Positions 52,871-64,000 of a DNA stretch of 64,000 nucleotides are shown in pieces. Origin of the DNA: Balanoglossus misakiensis (lineage: Eukaryota > Animalia > Hemichordata); NCBI GenBank assembly GCA_040954595.2, contig CM082582.2, positions 2,774,303 through 2,838,302 of the forward strand, in the 5' to 3' direction. Position 1 is the first letter of the stretch. Every line of letters begins with the position of its first letter. The translations under genes were made by a program, and so were the position numbers. The notes beneath the pieces were generated by a model that saw only the letters and a program-made list of their open reading frames with translations, searched no databases and was not told the DNA's origin.

Positions 52871-55800
52871 ACTTTTGTTTTATCTTTTATTAAAAAGGAC
52901 AGGCCCACTGGCTTGCCCTGTTAAAAGTAGATTGTACATTACAAGTAGCTTGTAATTACAGTGAAAGATTCATATTAAATAAATTCCATAAATTCTCAAC
53001 ATGTTACACTACTATTGCAAATCATTACAATATTGATGAAAAAACATTCACCGGAATGAATGCATGTGTAATCAAATCATTCAACGTAAACAATCTTTAA
53101 ATTCACAATATTGCATTACAGTATTCCATCATTTATGTAAGTCCTATACTCCAATCTGTCATGGAATTGTGACATACAATTTAATTACAGGAACAATTAC
53201 CAGTAAAAAAGATGGTATGTAACACCAGAGGGCGCCAGGTTCAACTGAAGGTGACAACATAGACAAAAAGACTGTTTAAAAATTTAAGGTAAAGTCAAAA
53301 TCTTTTACCGTTACAAGTACATTGTTTTATGCAAAGATGCTTTCAAATAGCGCAACATCATCACTTGCTTTGCACCTGTTATATTCAAAAGTGATTTTCT
53401 GTTTTAATTTGTACTTAAAGCACTTGATCAAGTCGATTTTCCGAGTACAACGCTTGTATGCTAATCTTCTACTATGAATTGTATAACGTGAAAGTGACAA
53501 TAAAATATTGATCAGCGTGTACTCGTACTTGTCATCATTGACAGGATAACCAAATAACATCATTAGAATTCTATCTGTTGGGTTAAACTTATTTACATTA
53601 CTGGCACTGTAGATATACTCAAAAACAAGTTGCCACAAGGATTGAACTGCCTGGCAGCACACAAACAAATGATACACGTCATCGGGAAAAAATGTGCAGA
53701 AGTCACAAGTCGGACTGAGGATTTTGCCTGCTTTATAAAGACGAAGATTACTAAAAACAGCGTTGTGACAAATGAGATAATCCAGATCACCCAGGTAATT
53801 ATCCTTGAAATTTGTGTAAACGATTGGCCAAACCTTACTAAAATCAAAGTTTGGCAGGTGGAAGAGCCAATACTGAACACCCGTGGGCACTGTTTTTCTC
53901 AGATGCCGAGCTATTGTAGTAATGTGTCTAACCTTAAGAGAATGGAAAGGAACACGTTGATCATGAGCATTAACAATAAAAAGAGACGGGTTTTTGTCCA
54001 CTTTGTTATAATCTTTGTAATTACCCTGCAAAATATCATGCCACTTTTGAGGAATTGAATTGAGGATAATATGGTACAGCTTCTCAACAGTATTGCTTGT
54101 GGGAGTGTCAGGATGGGCCAATGAAACCACGTCACCAATTGCATCAACAGGTAGGAACCCAGGAATGACCATTGTATAACAAATCCCTGATTTTGACAGT
54201 GCCAGCTGAACTGAAAAGCTTTATAATCGCCAGGGGGCGCCCTTCAACACTTGTAATGAATGGATTATGAAAAATGGGTTCATTGATAATTTCATCGTAG
54301 GAAACTGGTTGTGCACGAAAATATTTGAAAAGATGCGACCAAGACTGAAACAATTCCCTGTAGAATGTAGAACACTGACGTAAGTTGGTAGGATAAAGTA
54401 ACATTTTAAAAGTGTCAACACCACAATTGAGATCGAAATACTTATTTAAGTTGTAGGTGAAAAACAGCTTGAATTTGTGAACATAATCTTTATCCAGCAA
54501 TTTACACAACCACTTGAGACGAAGTGCATGCACTTTGTCTTGAATATTTGTGACTTTAAGTCCCCCATCTTGAATGTCGGAAGTGATGACATCATATTTC
54601 ACCCTGTGATGACCTTTGCTCCAGAAGAAATTACAGATGTGCTCATTCAAAATTTGTATGTGTTGCTGAGGCAACGAAACAACAGATGCCCGGTACCACA
54701 GAGTAGACGTAACAAGGGAGTTGATAATGAGGGTTTTCCCTTTGTAGGACAATTTACGAAATGACCAAGATTTCAGAATTCTACAGATTTTTGGAATGCG
54801 CTGAGCCCATCAGACCAAATCATCAGCAACTGATTTTTCATGACTCAACATGACACCAAGAATGACCATGCCATCCGGTTGAAGCCTGACAGGTAAGGGG
54901 CAGTCAGTACGCCCTCTATTGTTTCCAATCCACATCAGTGCACTTTTGTTCAAATTAACCTTTGACCCAGAAGCTTTACCATAATCACAAAAGACCTGAT
55001 ACGCTTCGCGGATAGAATGGTCATCACTAACGGTAAGTGTGGTATCATCAGCATGTTGATAAACTAAGGAAGATACAGTACTGCCTGGAATTTGGATACC
55101 AAGTATGTTGTGGTTACGCTGAATAGCGGCATTTAGAGGCTCAGCCGACAGCATGTACAACATTGCTGACAGCGGGCACCCTTGTCTGACACTTCGTTTA
55201 ATTAACACCGAGTCAGACAAAAACCCGTTAATTTTTACATTACTTATAACCTGGTTGTACAGTATGGAAATCCATTTAACAAAATTATCACCGAACCTGA
55301 ACGCCCTCAGTGTGTTAAGCAGATACTTGTGATCAACACGATCAAAGGATTTCATCTGATCAAATTTCAGAATGGCACCTGGACAGTTACTGGATTCAAC
55401 ATGATGGATGAGATCTCTCATACAGAAAACATTGTCCACAATGTCAAGACCTGGGACACAGCAAGTTTGATCCGGGCTGACCATGGAGGGCATAATTCTA
55501 TTGAGCCTAATGGCAAGTGTTTTAGCTAGAATTTTGTAATCACAGTTGAGGAGGGTTATAGGGCGCCAATTTTTAATGTAACGGGGGTCACTGTCTGCTT
55601 TAGGGATTAAGGTAATAAGACCAGTTTTCCACTCATCAAGAAAAAATGTTATTGGAGAAAATACAGTTGAAAATGTCAAGCAAATCATCTTTGATATCTT
55701 CCCAGAAGTGAAGATAAAATTCGTACGGTAAACCATCAGCGCCTGGGCTTTTGTTATGAATACACTTAGAGAGGGCAAACGTCACCTCTTCTACCGAAAA

Positions 55801-58800
55801 CTCTGAATCGGCGACAGCGCACTCCTCATCAGAAACAGTATTTGTGATGTAACCAAGGAAAGTATTTTGAAGTGCAAGATCACAAGGCTCATTGTTATAA
55901 AGCTTTGAGTAAAATGTATGAGCTTCTGAGATTATATCAGTAATGTCAGTGAGAATTTCATTGTTGTCAGTAATTAAAGATTTGATGCATTTTCTTTCCT
56001 GCTTAGACTTTTCTAGGTTAAAGAAAAACCGAGTGGATATCTCACCCTCCTCATACAACTGGATCTTAGAACGGATTAAGGCCCCTTTGGTTTCTAAGGA
56101 AATAGTGTTGTCAAGGTCTTCCTGAATGATATGAGCATTAGTAAGATCATAGTCGGTGAAACGGTTAGCTTTGTTAAGTTCCCATTTTAGTTTTTTTCTC
56201 TAAGGTTTTCTTCAAGTGGCGCCTCAATTTTGCCTGCTGTTTTGCATACTTCTGGGAAAATCTACGAATATTATGTTTTAAACACCCCCATCACTGAATT
56301 TTATTACTTGTATAATTGAGGTCAAATTTAGGCTTTTTAATGATATCCAATATATTATTGACATAAACTTTATCCCTCAAGAGATTTTTATTTAAAGCTC
56401 AGACTCCCGGACCCCGAGGTGAGTTATGGAAATTGAATTTGAACTGGATAAGTTCATGGTCGCTATAGGGAAAATGCATAATATGAGAACTTTGGCACAT
56501 GTGGACAATGCTTTCATGTATGAGAGCATAATCAATGCCACTCTGCTGGAGATTGCCATGGAGATACCGTTGCCAAGTACTTTCTCTGGCGTGAGGATGT
56601 TGTTTGCGCCAGATGTCTACCAGGGAAAACTGTGTAATGAAATTCAGCAAATGATTACGAGAAGGATCAACATGGTTTAAAACACTATTGGATTGATCAA
56701 TGTAAGGATTAATTTTAGTATTGAAATCACCTATAACAACATGCACGTAATCATTGAGAAAAAAATGGGAAAGATCCTTCCAAAACTGCGTACGGAGAGG
56801 AGATTGATTAGGAGAGTAAATGTTGATAATATTAATATTGTGATGAGAAACCTGAATTTGTATGGAAATAATTCTTCCAGCAGAGTCCCAACGATGACCA
56901 AGAATTTTAACCTCTGACCGTTTTCTCACAAGTATTGCTACCCCTCTCCTCCTTGCAGGATCTGTACAATTATTATGAAAGAAATGAAAATCTGGAGCAA
57001 TTTTGTTATGAATGTGGACAGCGATCTGATTGTCCCAGAAGGTCTCCTGAAAACAGATGACGTCATGGTGGCTATTTTTACAAAATTGCAGAACATGATC
57101 GAATGTGTGTAAATCAGAAAGGCCATTAGCGTTAACAGAACTTATAACAACCATGGTGACAACCAGGAGGAGAGGGCAGATGTTAAAAATACAATCCATT
57201 GTTATTTACTAGTGCATTTTTGTTTATCCTTATCATCATTTTGTGGCTTTTTTCGTTCTACTAAATTTGGTGTAAAACGTTTTTTCGGGGGTCTACCTGT
57301 TTTGTTGGCTTGAAGCTCAGTGTCTTTAGAGTTCATGTCATCTGATTTGCGGCGTTTAACCTGGCAGTTTGGGATTGCTGTTTCATCTACTTCCATTTCA
57401 CTGTTTTGTTGACTTTGTTCCTGTTCTGCTACTGTTGTTGTTTGGTGTAGTGAAATGTCCTCTCCATGATCCTGCAGCCGCTCATCTGCTGATGTTTGCT
57501 GTTCCTCAGCTTGCACGTCGCTTGCTCGTTTCTGTACACTGCATTGTTCTGCTATTTGTTGTTCACTTCCAATGTCTGTCATTTACCTGTTCCTAGTCGA
57601 TGTTGTGATCCTCCACTTGTTCCTCTTCATCAGAATATTGTTGGATAATGTATACATCACCATCACCATATATTTCAGCTTCACATTCCTTTGCCCTATG
57701 GCCGACTCTGTAACATTTATAACATCTGTAATTTCCACAGGCACGTTCTAGATGACCCTTTTCATGGCAGCGTTTTCATTCATATTTCGGGCAGTTGTAT
57801 ATAAGGTGCGAAGAATCCAAGCAATAGTTGCAGACTTTAGACTGATTAGAATGTAACAATTGAACATAGGGACCATTACGTTCAAACTTGACAGCATACA
57901 GTCAGGACGTAAGTGGGGTAATTACGGCGGTGAGATCAAAGAGATCTATTTGAATGTGAACGTCGCTGAGTGGCAGTTACGGCCAGTTCGAAAAATTTTC
58001 AAACGGAGATTTTCGGTACTACAAGTGATCGTAGTGCACCCATTTTTCTAAGACGTGTATGAAACACCATAGTCAATGATAGGATGATTTTTCGTGAAGT
58101 TTTAACGACGCGTTCCCGAGAAAGACAGTTTCGGTATGTTGGTTTAAATTGTGGTCCTTGACTCTCGGCAAAGATTTCTTGTCTTGAAAAAAATTGGGTA
58201 GGTTAGGAAGATATTGAACTAAGTTACCGTGAAATTATAATAGTGTGAGCCGCTCCCTTGTGGAGTAATGACGGTGTAAAAATTGCCTTCGCCATCGACG
58301 AGTACAGCCGTGTTTGCCATATGTGTATGCATTGAAGTAGGTCAACGCATGTTAACCCATGACGTAATGGCTTCCTTTACAACGCATCGTTATCTCTCAT
58401 TAGCATATTACATACGGAATCTATACACTATTCACGCTGACTGACTTCTCAGGACTGACCTATGGCACTGTAAATTGTGGTCCTTGACTCTCGGCATGGA
58501 TATATTCATGTCAAAATTATGAATAGAGGAGTTTAATAATGTTTCTAAAACCTGAGGGGGTTAATTTTTGTGTGGGTATGGCTGATATTTTTTTTTTGAT
58601 TTTTTAACTTCAAGGTCACTTTGAATTTCGTGATCACAATTTTGTCAGTGGAAGTAAAGAAATTCTTCTCGAAAAAACTTCATGAAAAATCACATGTAGT
58701 ACACTCATAGTACCAGTAATGTGCCTGGGGTGAAATAATTGTCAGAAATGGGTTGCAAGTTGCTTAACTTTCGTTGTGAAAAAAGTTGAAAAACTGTATG

Positions 58801-59580
58801 CAAATGAGCAATTCAAACGTTACTGGCCAGTTCAAGTGTTTGCATTGCATGATCCCCTGCTGTTTAATTACCCCACTTACGTCCTGACTGTAGGGAAGAG
58901 ATTTTACAGATACCGGCAATTCAATACGTACAAATCGTGTTCCTGTCTCTACCTTAGGTTCCTCTTCGTAGTATTTCCTTACGACTGGTCCTCTGATATT
59001 ACATCCATATTCTTTTAATTTATCCGTTATTTCATCATCTGTTGTATACGCAGGAACGTTGAAAAAAGAAACAGTTAACAAATTACGCACTAGGCCTTGA
59101 ACGTCGACAGGACTTCCGTCAACAGCAAAGCCCTCATCCAGCACCAGTGGTGTGTCTTCATTGTCTTGTAGTGTCATTTGCCAGAGTCCGTTGACTTTCA
59201 CACATGCAATGACACTGCTCTGTCCAGTTTTCTCTTTCACGGCTCTTATTAATTGAATGGGCGAGTAATCCTCATCGTTAATACAGATTGTGTTCAATCT
59301 AGAGGCAGTCTTTGAGGAAGTCCGACATATAGGCCTTTCACTCCGCTGACGAGCACCCGGCGAGCCAGGCAGGGCAGCCATATTGGCGACGCCCTGCCGG
59401 GTGACGTGGCAAAAAAAAGAAGATTTGAAAACTCAACAAATCTTCAAAATACCTTGAACATTTGTCCAAATAGCACTTATACCAGCACCAGTATATCCAA
59501 AGGCGTAAGTATTGAGTCCGGATGGCACCAAATCGGTCAGATTAAACACGACTGGCATAGCTCTCGTTCGACACGTCTGC
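52871..59580 (-). mobile_element. Near full-length Tx1-clade (L1 group) non-LTR retrotransposon, decayed
   Basis: ORF1 from 59381 (VETGTRFVRIEL, three CCHC-type knuckles at ~57690-57835). ORF2 from ~57154 with APE (SVNANGL, CFQET, GDFN, SDH), KSPGADG, NWRPITLLNCDYK, RQGCPLS, QHADD and C-terminal zf-RVT. Multiple stops and frameshifts. Confidence 0.93.
57899..58890. mobile_element. Tc1/mariner-type non-autonomous element (992 bp) inserted in Tx1 ORF1
   Basis: Perfect 26-bp TIR cagtcaggacgtaagtggggtaatta with TA duplication (57897-57898, 58891-58892). Excision restores LPYAVKFER. Confidence 0.92.
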
Positions 59581-59583
59581 ATC

Positions 59584-61135
59584 GACCACTTTTTTTCTAT
59601 TTTTTAGAGAACTTTTAACGACATTGCCATTGTAATTTTTATCATTTTCATAAATCCAATTCATTTCAATATCTACGCTGCGTTTTTTATCTGTCGGGTA
59701 TAAGAAACATGCAGGGAAACTTGGTCTTTTTTTGTCGCGGTTCACTTAGGAAAGTCTGAATACGGAGTGCTCAGCAGAGAGGAAGATTGAAATGAATTGG
59801 ATTTATGAAAATGATAAAAATTACAATGATGATGTCTTTAAAAGTTCTTACAAGAAAAAAGAAATAGAAAAAAGTGGTCTCGAACCAACATCAGTTGGCA
59901 CGTTCAGGTAAAAGGCTTTGCCATCACGATGTGTACTCCAAAAATTCGGAAATTTTCTGCACTATATTGCAGCACAACTCCAATGATCTTATTTGCACCG
60001 CAGCGGTGCAAATAAGAGTTCCCTGCACCGCAGCGGTGGGAATAAGAGTTCCCTGCAGCGCAACGATCTGACCGTTCTTTATTTACTCCTCGGCGACATA
60101 AAACGTTTTATTATACACCTAGTGCTGAGACATTAGCGCAGTGCATCGCCCTCCGCTGCGCGTCGGGCGATACTTGGCGCTAATGTCCTCGTGCATACTT
60201 TGCGGTATTTTCGTAATAACCTCATATTATAACGGCCTAAATAACGACTTTTTCGCTCCTTGGTTGGTCACGCGGACGGAAAGACAGGGTTTTAGCGAGT
60301 TTATCTATCTTTTTGCTGAGCACTCCATATTCAGAATTGCCCAAGTGAACCGCGACAAAAAAACGGCCAAGTTTCTCTGCATGTTTCTTATACCCGACAG
60401 ATAAAAAACGCAGCGTAGATATTGAAATGAATTGGATTTATGAAATTGATAAAAAATACAAAGATAATGTCGTTAAAAGTTCTCACAAAAAAAAAAAAAA
60501 AAATGGTCTCGAACCAACATCTGTTGACACCTACAGGTAAAAAGGCTAGCCTTCCTGAACCCTTCGCCATCAAGATGTGTACTCGAAAAAGTCGGAACTT
60601 TTCCGCACTATATTGCAGCACAACTCCAATTAGCGGTGCAAATAAGAGTTCCCTGCACCGCAGCGGTGCGAATAAGAGTTCCCTGCCGCGCAACGATCTG
60701 ACCGTTCTTTATTTACTCCTCGGCGACATAAATCGTTTTATTACGGCCTAAATAAGGACTTTTTCGCTCCTTGGTTGGTCATGCGGACAGAAAGACACGG
60801 TTTTAGTGAGTTTATCTTTCTCTCTCCTGAGCACTCCGTATTCACACCTGCCCAAGTGAACCGCGACAAAAATGACCCTGTTTCCCTGCAAGTTTCTTAT
60901 ACTCGACAGATAAAATACGTAGCGTTGATATTGAAATGAATTGGCTTTATGAAAATAATAAAAATTACACTGATAATGTCGTTAAATATTCTCACACAAA
61001 AAAAAGAAATGGACAAAAAAGTGGTCTCGAACCAACACCAGTTGACACCTTCATGTAAAAGGCTAGCCTTCCTGAACCATTCGCCATCAAGATGTCGTTA
61101 AAAGTTCTCACACCCAAAAAAATAGAAAAAAAGTG
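59584..61135. repeat. Diverged satellite array with an internal orientation switch
   Basis: 59584-59785 reads in the left-array orientation and 59786-61135 in the opposite one; units show more substitutions and deletions. Confidence 0.9.
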
Positions 61136-61630
61136 GGCGCTTGGGCCCCTAACGATTCAGAGAGTTTGACAGCTACTCAAACACTTCTTGGTACTTTTCC
61201 TATTGATAGCACCATGTCTTCACACAATGAAATTTCAGGTCGGCCTTCATCAGTCACTAACCTATGTACTCATTGTGTTCCACTCAACATGAATGTTTAG
61301 ATGATGCTGGGTATGCGTCTGAGAATCCAGCTTGTGACGACGGCACACACTGTTTAGGTATTCCAATTTCACCTACACCGATAGTTACAAATATTACAAG
61401 TCAGGATAAACCATACTTTCATCATGATCAAAAATTGTCCAGCTGTGATACGTTCGCAAAAATTCTAGTGTGCCACAACAGTTACAATCTGAATCCTCCC
61501 ACGATTGTCACTTGGGCATGGCCCAGGCTAATAACAGCGATTATGACTCTAAAAACCGACATTGTGATGGTGGCATTCATAATGCAGACTCCCAATTTCC
61601 CCACCAGTCATCAACAATAACAATCATGAC

Positions 61631-63933
61631 ATGCCTGTTGATATATTGTCCAACATGCCACAACATCCACATTCCGGGTCCTCCTACAATAGTAATTGTG
61701 ATTTTATCCAGGCAGGTATCATAGATGATATGCAGCATATCTCAACAACAGATACACTTTCATATCCGCATATGGCAGATTGTGATTTTGAACAAAGTCA
61801 GAGCGCTCACATCCCAATAGAGTATTGGCCACACCCATTGTCCCCCACAGCCTCACTGTCTATTCAAAAGCATGTCAAAATTTACAATTCAAATTTACCC
61901 AATTACAAAGGGTGCCGCGTTCCAGTTCAGTCAAATCTATGCATTCCAATTTGGCGAGCTAAACTACAAGGGTATGATGACTATGCAGTTTGTGACTTCT
62001 TAGAATTTGGATGGCCATTGAATTACACATTATCCCATCACCCACTTCCAGTTTCCACCAACCACAAATCAGCAGTGCTGTACCCAGATCACGTAGACAG
62101 ATATATCTCTAAGGAGGTAGCCCTAGGCGGGTCAGTGGGGCCCTTTCACGACAATCCCTTTGACAAACCTCTTATGTTATCCCCGTTATGTTATCCCCGC
62201 TTCAAACTGTTGACAAGAAGGATTCGCCGGATCGACTGGTGGTTATCGATCCGAGTTTCCCTATCGGCCACTCAGTGAATGATGGGATACCTTCTGATTT
62301 CTATTTGGATGGGCCTTTTCCTTGACTTACCCTGGCGTCGATGATCTCACTAAGCTTATCAGAATAAAAGGCCCTGGTTGTTTACTTTACAAGCGTGATT
62401 TGAAACGGGCTTACCGCCAAATTCCTGTCGATTCGCATGACTATTTCCTATTGGGGTACAGGTGGAGAGAAATGATTTTCTTTGACACTAAATTGCCCTT
62501 TGGGTTACGAATGGCCTCCATTGCATGCCAGCGCACTACCAATGCAGTCCGGTATATATCACAACAGGAGGGAAGCGATTGTGTGAATTATTTAGATGAT
62601 TTTGCTGGTGCGGAATCAGTCGATAAGGCTGATTTTGCATTCACTCAATTGGGCAATTTACTTATTATTGAGCTTGGTCTTGATGAATTATCGGGAAAAG
62701 CTTGTTCCCCGTCCCCAGTAATGACCTTCCTTGGTCGACAATTCAATACTATTGACATGGCTATGAGTGTGCCACAGCAGAAACTTGAAGAAACTAAACA
62801 GTACCTCCCCATGTGTGGTTGTCTAGGAAATGGTCTAATAAAAGATAATTACAGTCCCTTATCGGTAAACTGGCCTTTCTGGCAGGTTGCGTCAGACCAA
62901 GGCGGGTCTTTATCTCACGGTTATTAGACAAGTTGCGCACACTGCGACGTCAACATCATCGTTTCCATATCAATGCCGAGTTCAAAAAAGATATTCTGTG
63001 GTGGACCTCATACCTAGAGCATTTCAATGGTATATCAATGTACCCACTGGGGATTGGGGGTTCCCAGACCAATTTCTCACCACAGATGCATGCTTACTAG
63101 GGGCCGGTGGCACCTTTCTGGGTGAGTATTTCCATTGCCAATTTCCCCAAACCATTCGTGAAAAAGAATACCACATCAGCATTCTAGAATTCTTGACTGT
63201 AATGGTTGCATGTAAACCGTGGGCCAATCAACTAACGGGCAGACAATTTATCATTCAGTGAGATAACGAAGCCACTGTTCACGTCCTTGACTCCGGTCGT
63301 ACGAGAGATGTTGAAATGCGCAAGGGAAATATGGTTCGTTGCTTCCCAATATCAGTTTCAAATCAAGGCAGTACATGTCAGCGGCCCTTCTAATCGTATT
63401 GCAGACATACTCAGCCGTTGGGACACCGATGATCGTAGCCATGCCAAATTCATAGAATTGACAGGGGCTAAACAATTGACAGAAAAGTACGTCGACAGCA
63501 CATTATTCAATTTCACTCATGACTGGTATTTTCTCCATTTTTCACAGGAGCAGAAGCCTTCAACAAAGGATTAAGAATATTCCACCGAAAGTGGACCTCT
63601 ACCATTTCCGCTGCTTATGCACATGGGACAATTTCAAATTTTCACTCGCAGTGGAAGACTTTCTTCCTGTTTTGCATTTTCAATGGTTTGAAGCCAGTTC
63701 CTGCCTCCACAACCAGTTTAGCTTTGTTCGTTCAGTGTTTATCGGCAACAATTAGAAATGTTGGTACCTTGAAAATCTACCTTAATGCAGTTCGCCTGCT
63801 ACACGAGTTGAATGGTTTTGACGGGCAAGTGGTTCACCATCTGTCTTTATGTTTAACTTTGCAGGGCATCACACACACCTACCATCAAGTTCCCAAACGC
63901 AAATTAGCCATCACGCCTTCTATTTTGCCGTGA
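61631..63933 (+). mobile_element. DIRS/Ngaro-like tyrosine-recombinase retrotransposon (RT, RNase H, N-terminal part of YR), decayed
   Basis: FLEFGWP, NHKSA, KRDLKRAYRQIPV, LPFGLR, NYLDDF; RNase H TDAC, LEFL, DN, NRIADILSR; then the integrase SAM-like segment QWKTFFLFC...YLNAVRLLH...KLAITP. Several frameshifts. Confidence 0.88.
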
Positions 63934-64000
63934 TTTTAAAGACTGGTGTTTTCGTCTGTACAATCCATTCTTGTACAATATTCTCTTTAAATTTCACAAG

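Larger units (their letters stand above)
38870..54861. repeat. Right arm of the giant inverted duplication (includes a 5.2-kb insertion absent from the left arm)
   Basis: Starts at ttagata (38870), matching 35911-35917; ends near ccaaga (54861), matching 23986. Confidence 0.97.

Noticed and set aside
23986-54861. Palindrome as a pure sequencing fold-back artefact
   Set aside because: The arms differ by many substitutions, indels and a TSD-flanked insertion. A haplotype mis-join remains possible and is noted in the finding.

Overview
Eukaryotic (animal) genomic DNA, probably from a marine invertebrate (inference), made almost entirely of nested transposable elements. No prokaryotic operons, rRNA, tRNA genes or CRISPR arrays were seen. 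(1) 1-14.6 kb: a decayed, intron-containing RAG1/Transib-like DDE gene with an inserted SAP domain, followed on the same strand by an 11-exon Kolobok-type DDE transposase gene and a Kolobok-like CCTTTAA end. No matching left end lies between the two genes, so they may form one large two-nuclease DNA transposon. It is peppered with MITEs, a Helentron-type element and hairpin elements. (2) 20.0-21.3 kb: the terminal COR plus death-domain exon of a DAPK1-like ROCO host gene (minus strand). (3) 21.7-23.8 kb: a 3'-truncated L2/CR1-group LINE. (4) About 24.0-54.9 kb: a ~31-kb imperfect palindrome (arms 23986-35917 and 38870-54861, ~2.95-kb spacer). Each arm carries a Tx1-like LINE 3' end, a ~500-bp satellite, a BEL/Pao 3' half with a 989-bp LTR and a Gypsy 5' half. 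The arms differ by private stops/indels, satellite copy number and a 5.2-kb CACTA-ended element carrying a BEN domain. (5) 54.9-64 kb: the rest of the Tx1-like LINE with a Tc1/mariner-type MITE, more satellite, and a DIRS/Ngaro-like tyrosine-recombinase retroelement. All calls come from reading motifs by eye; no database search was run.
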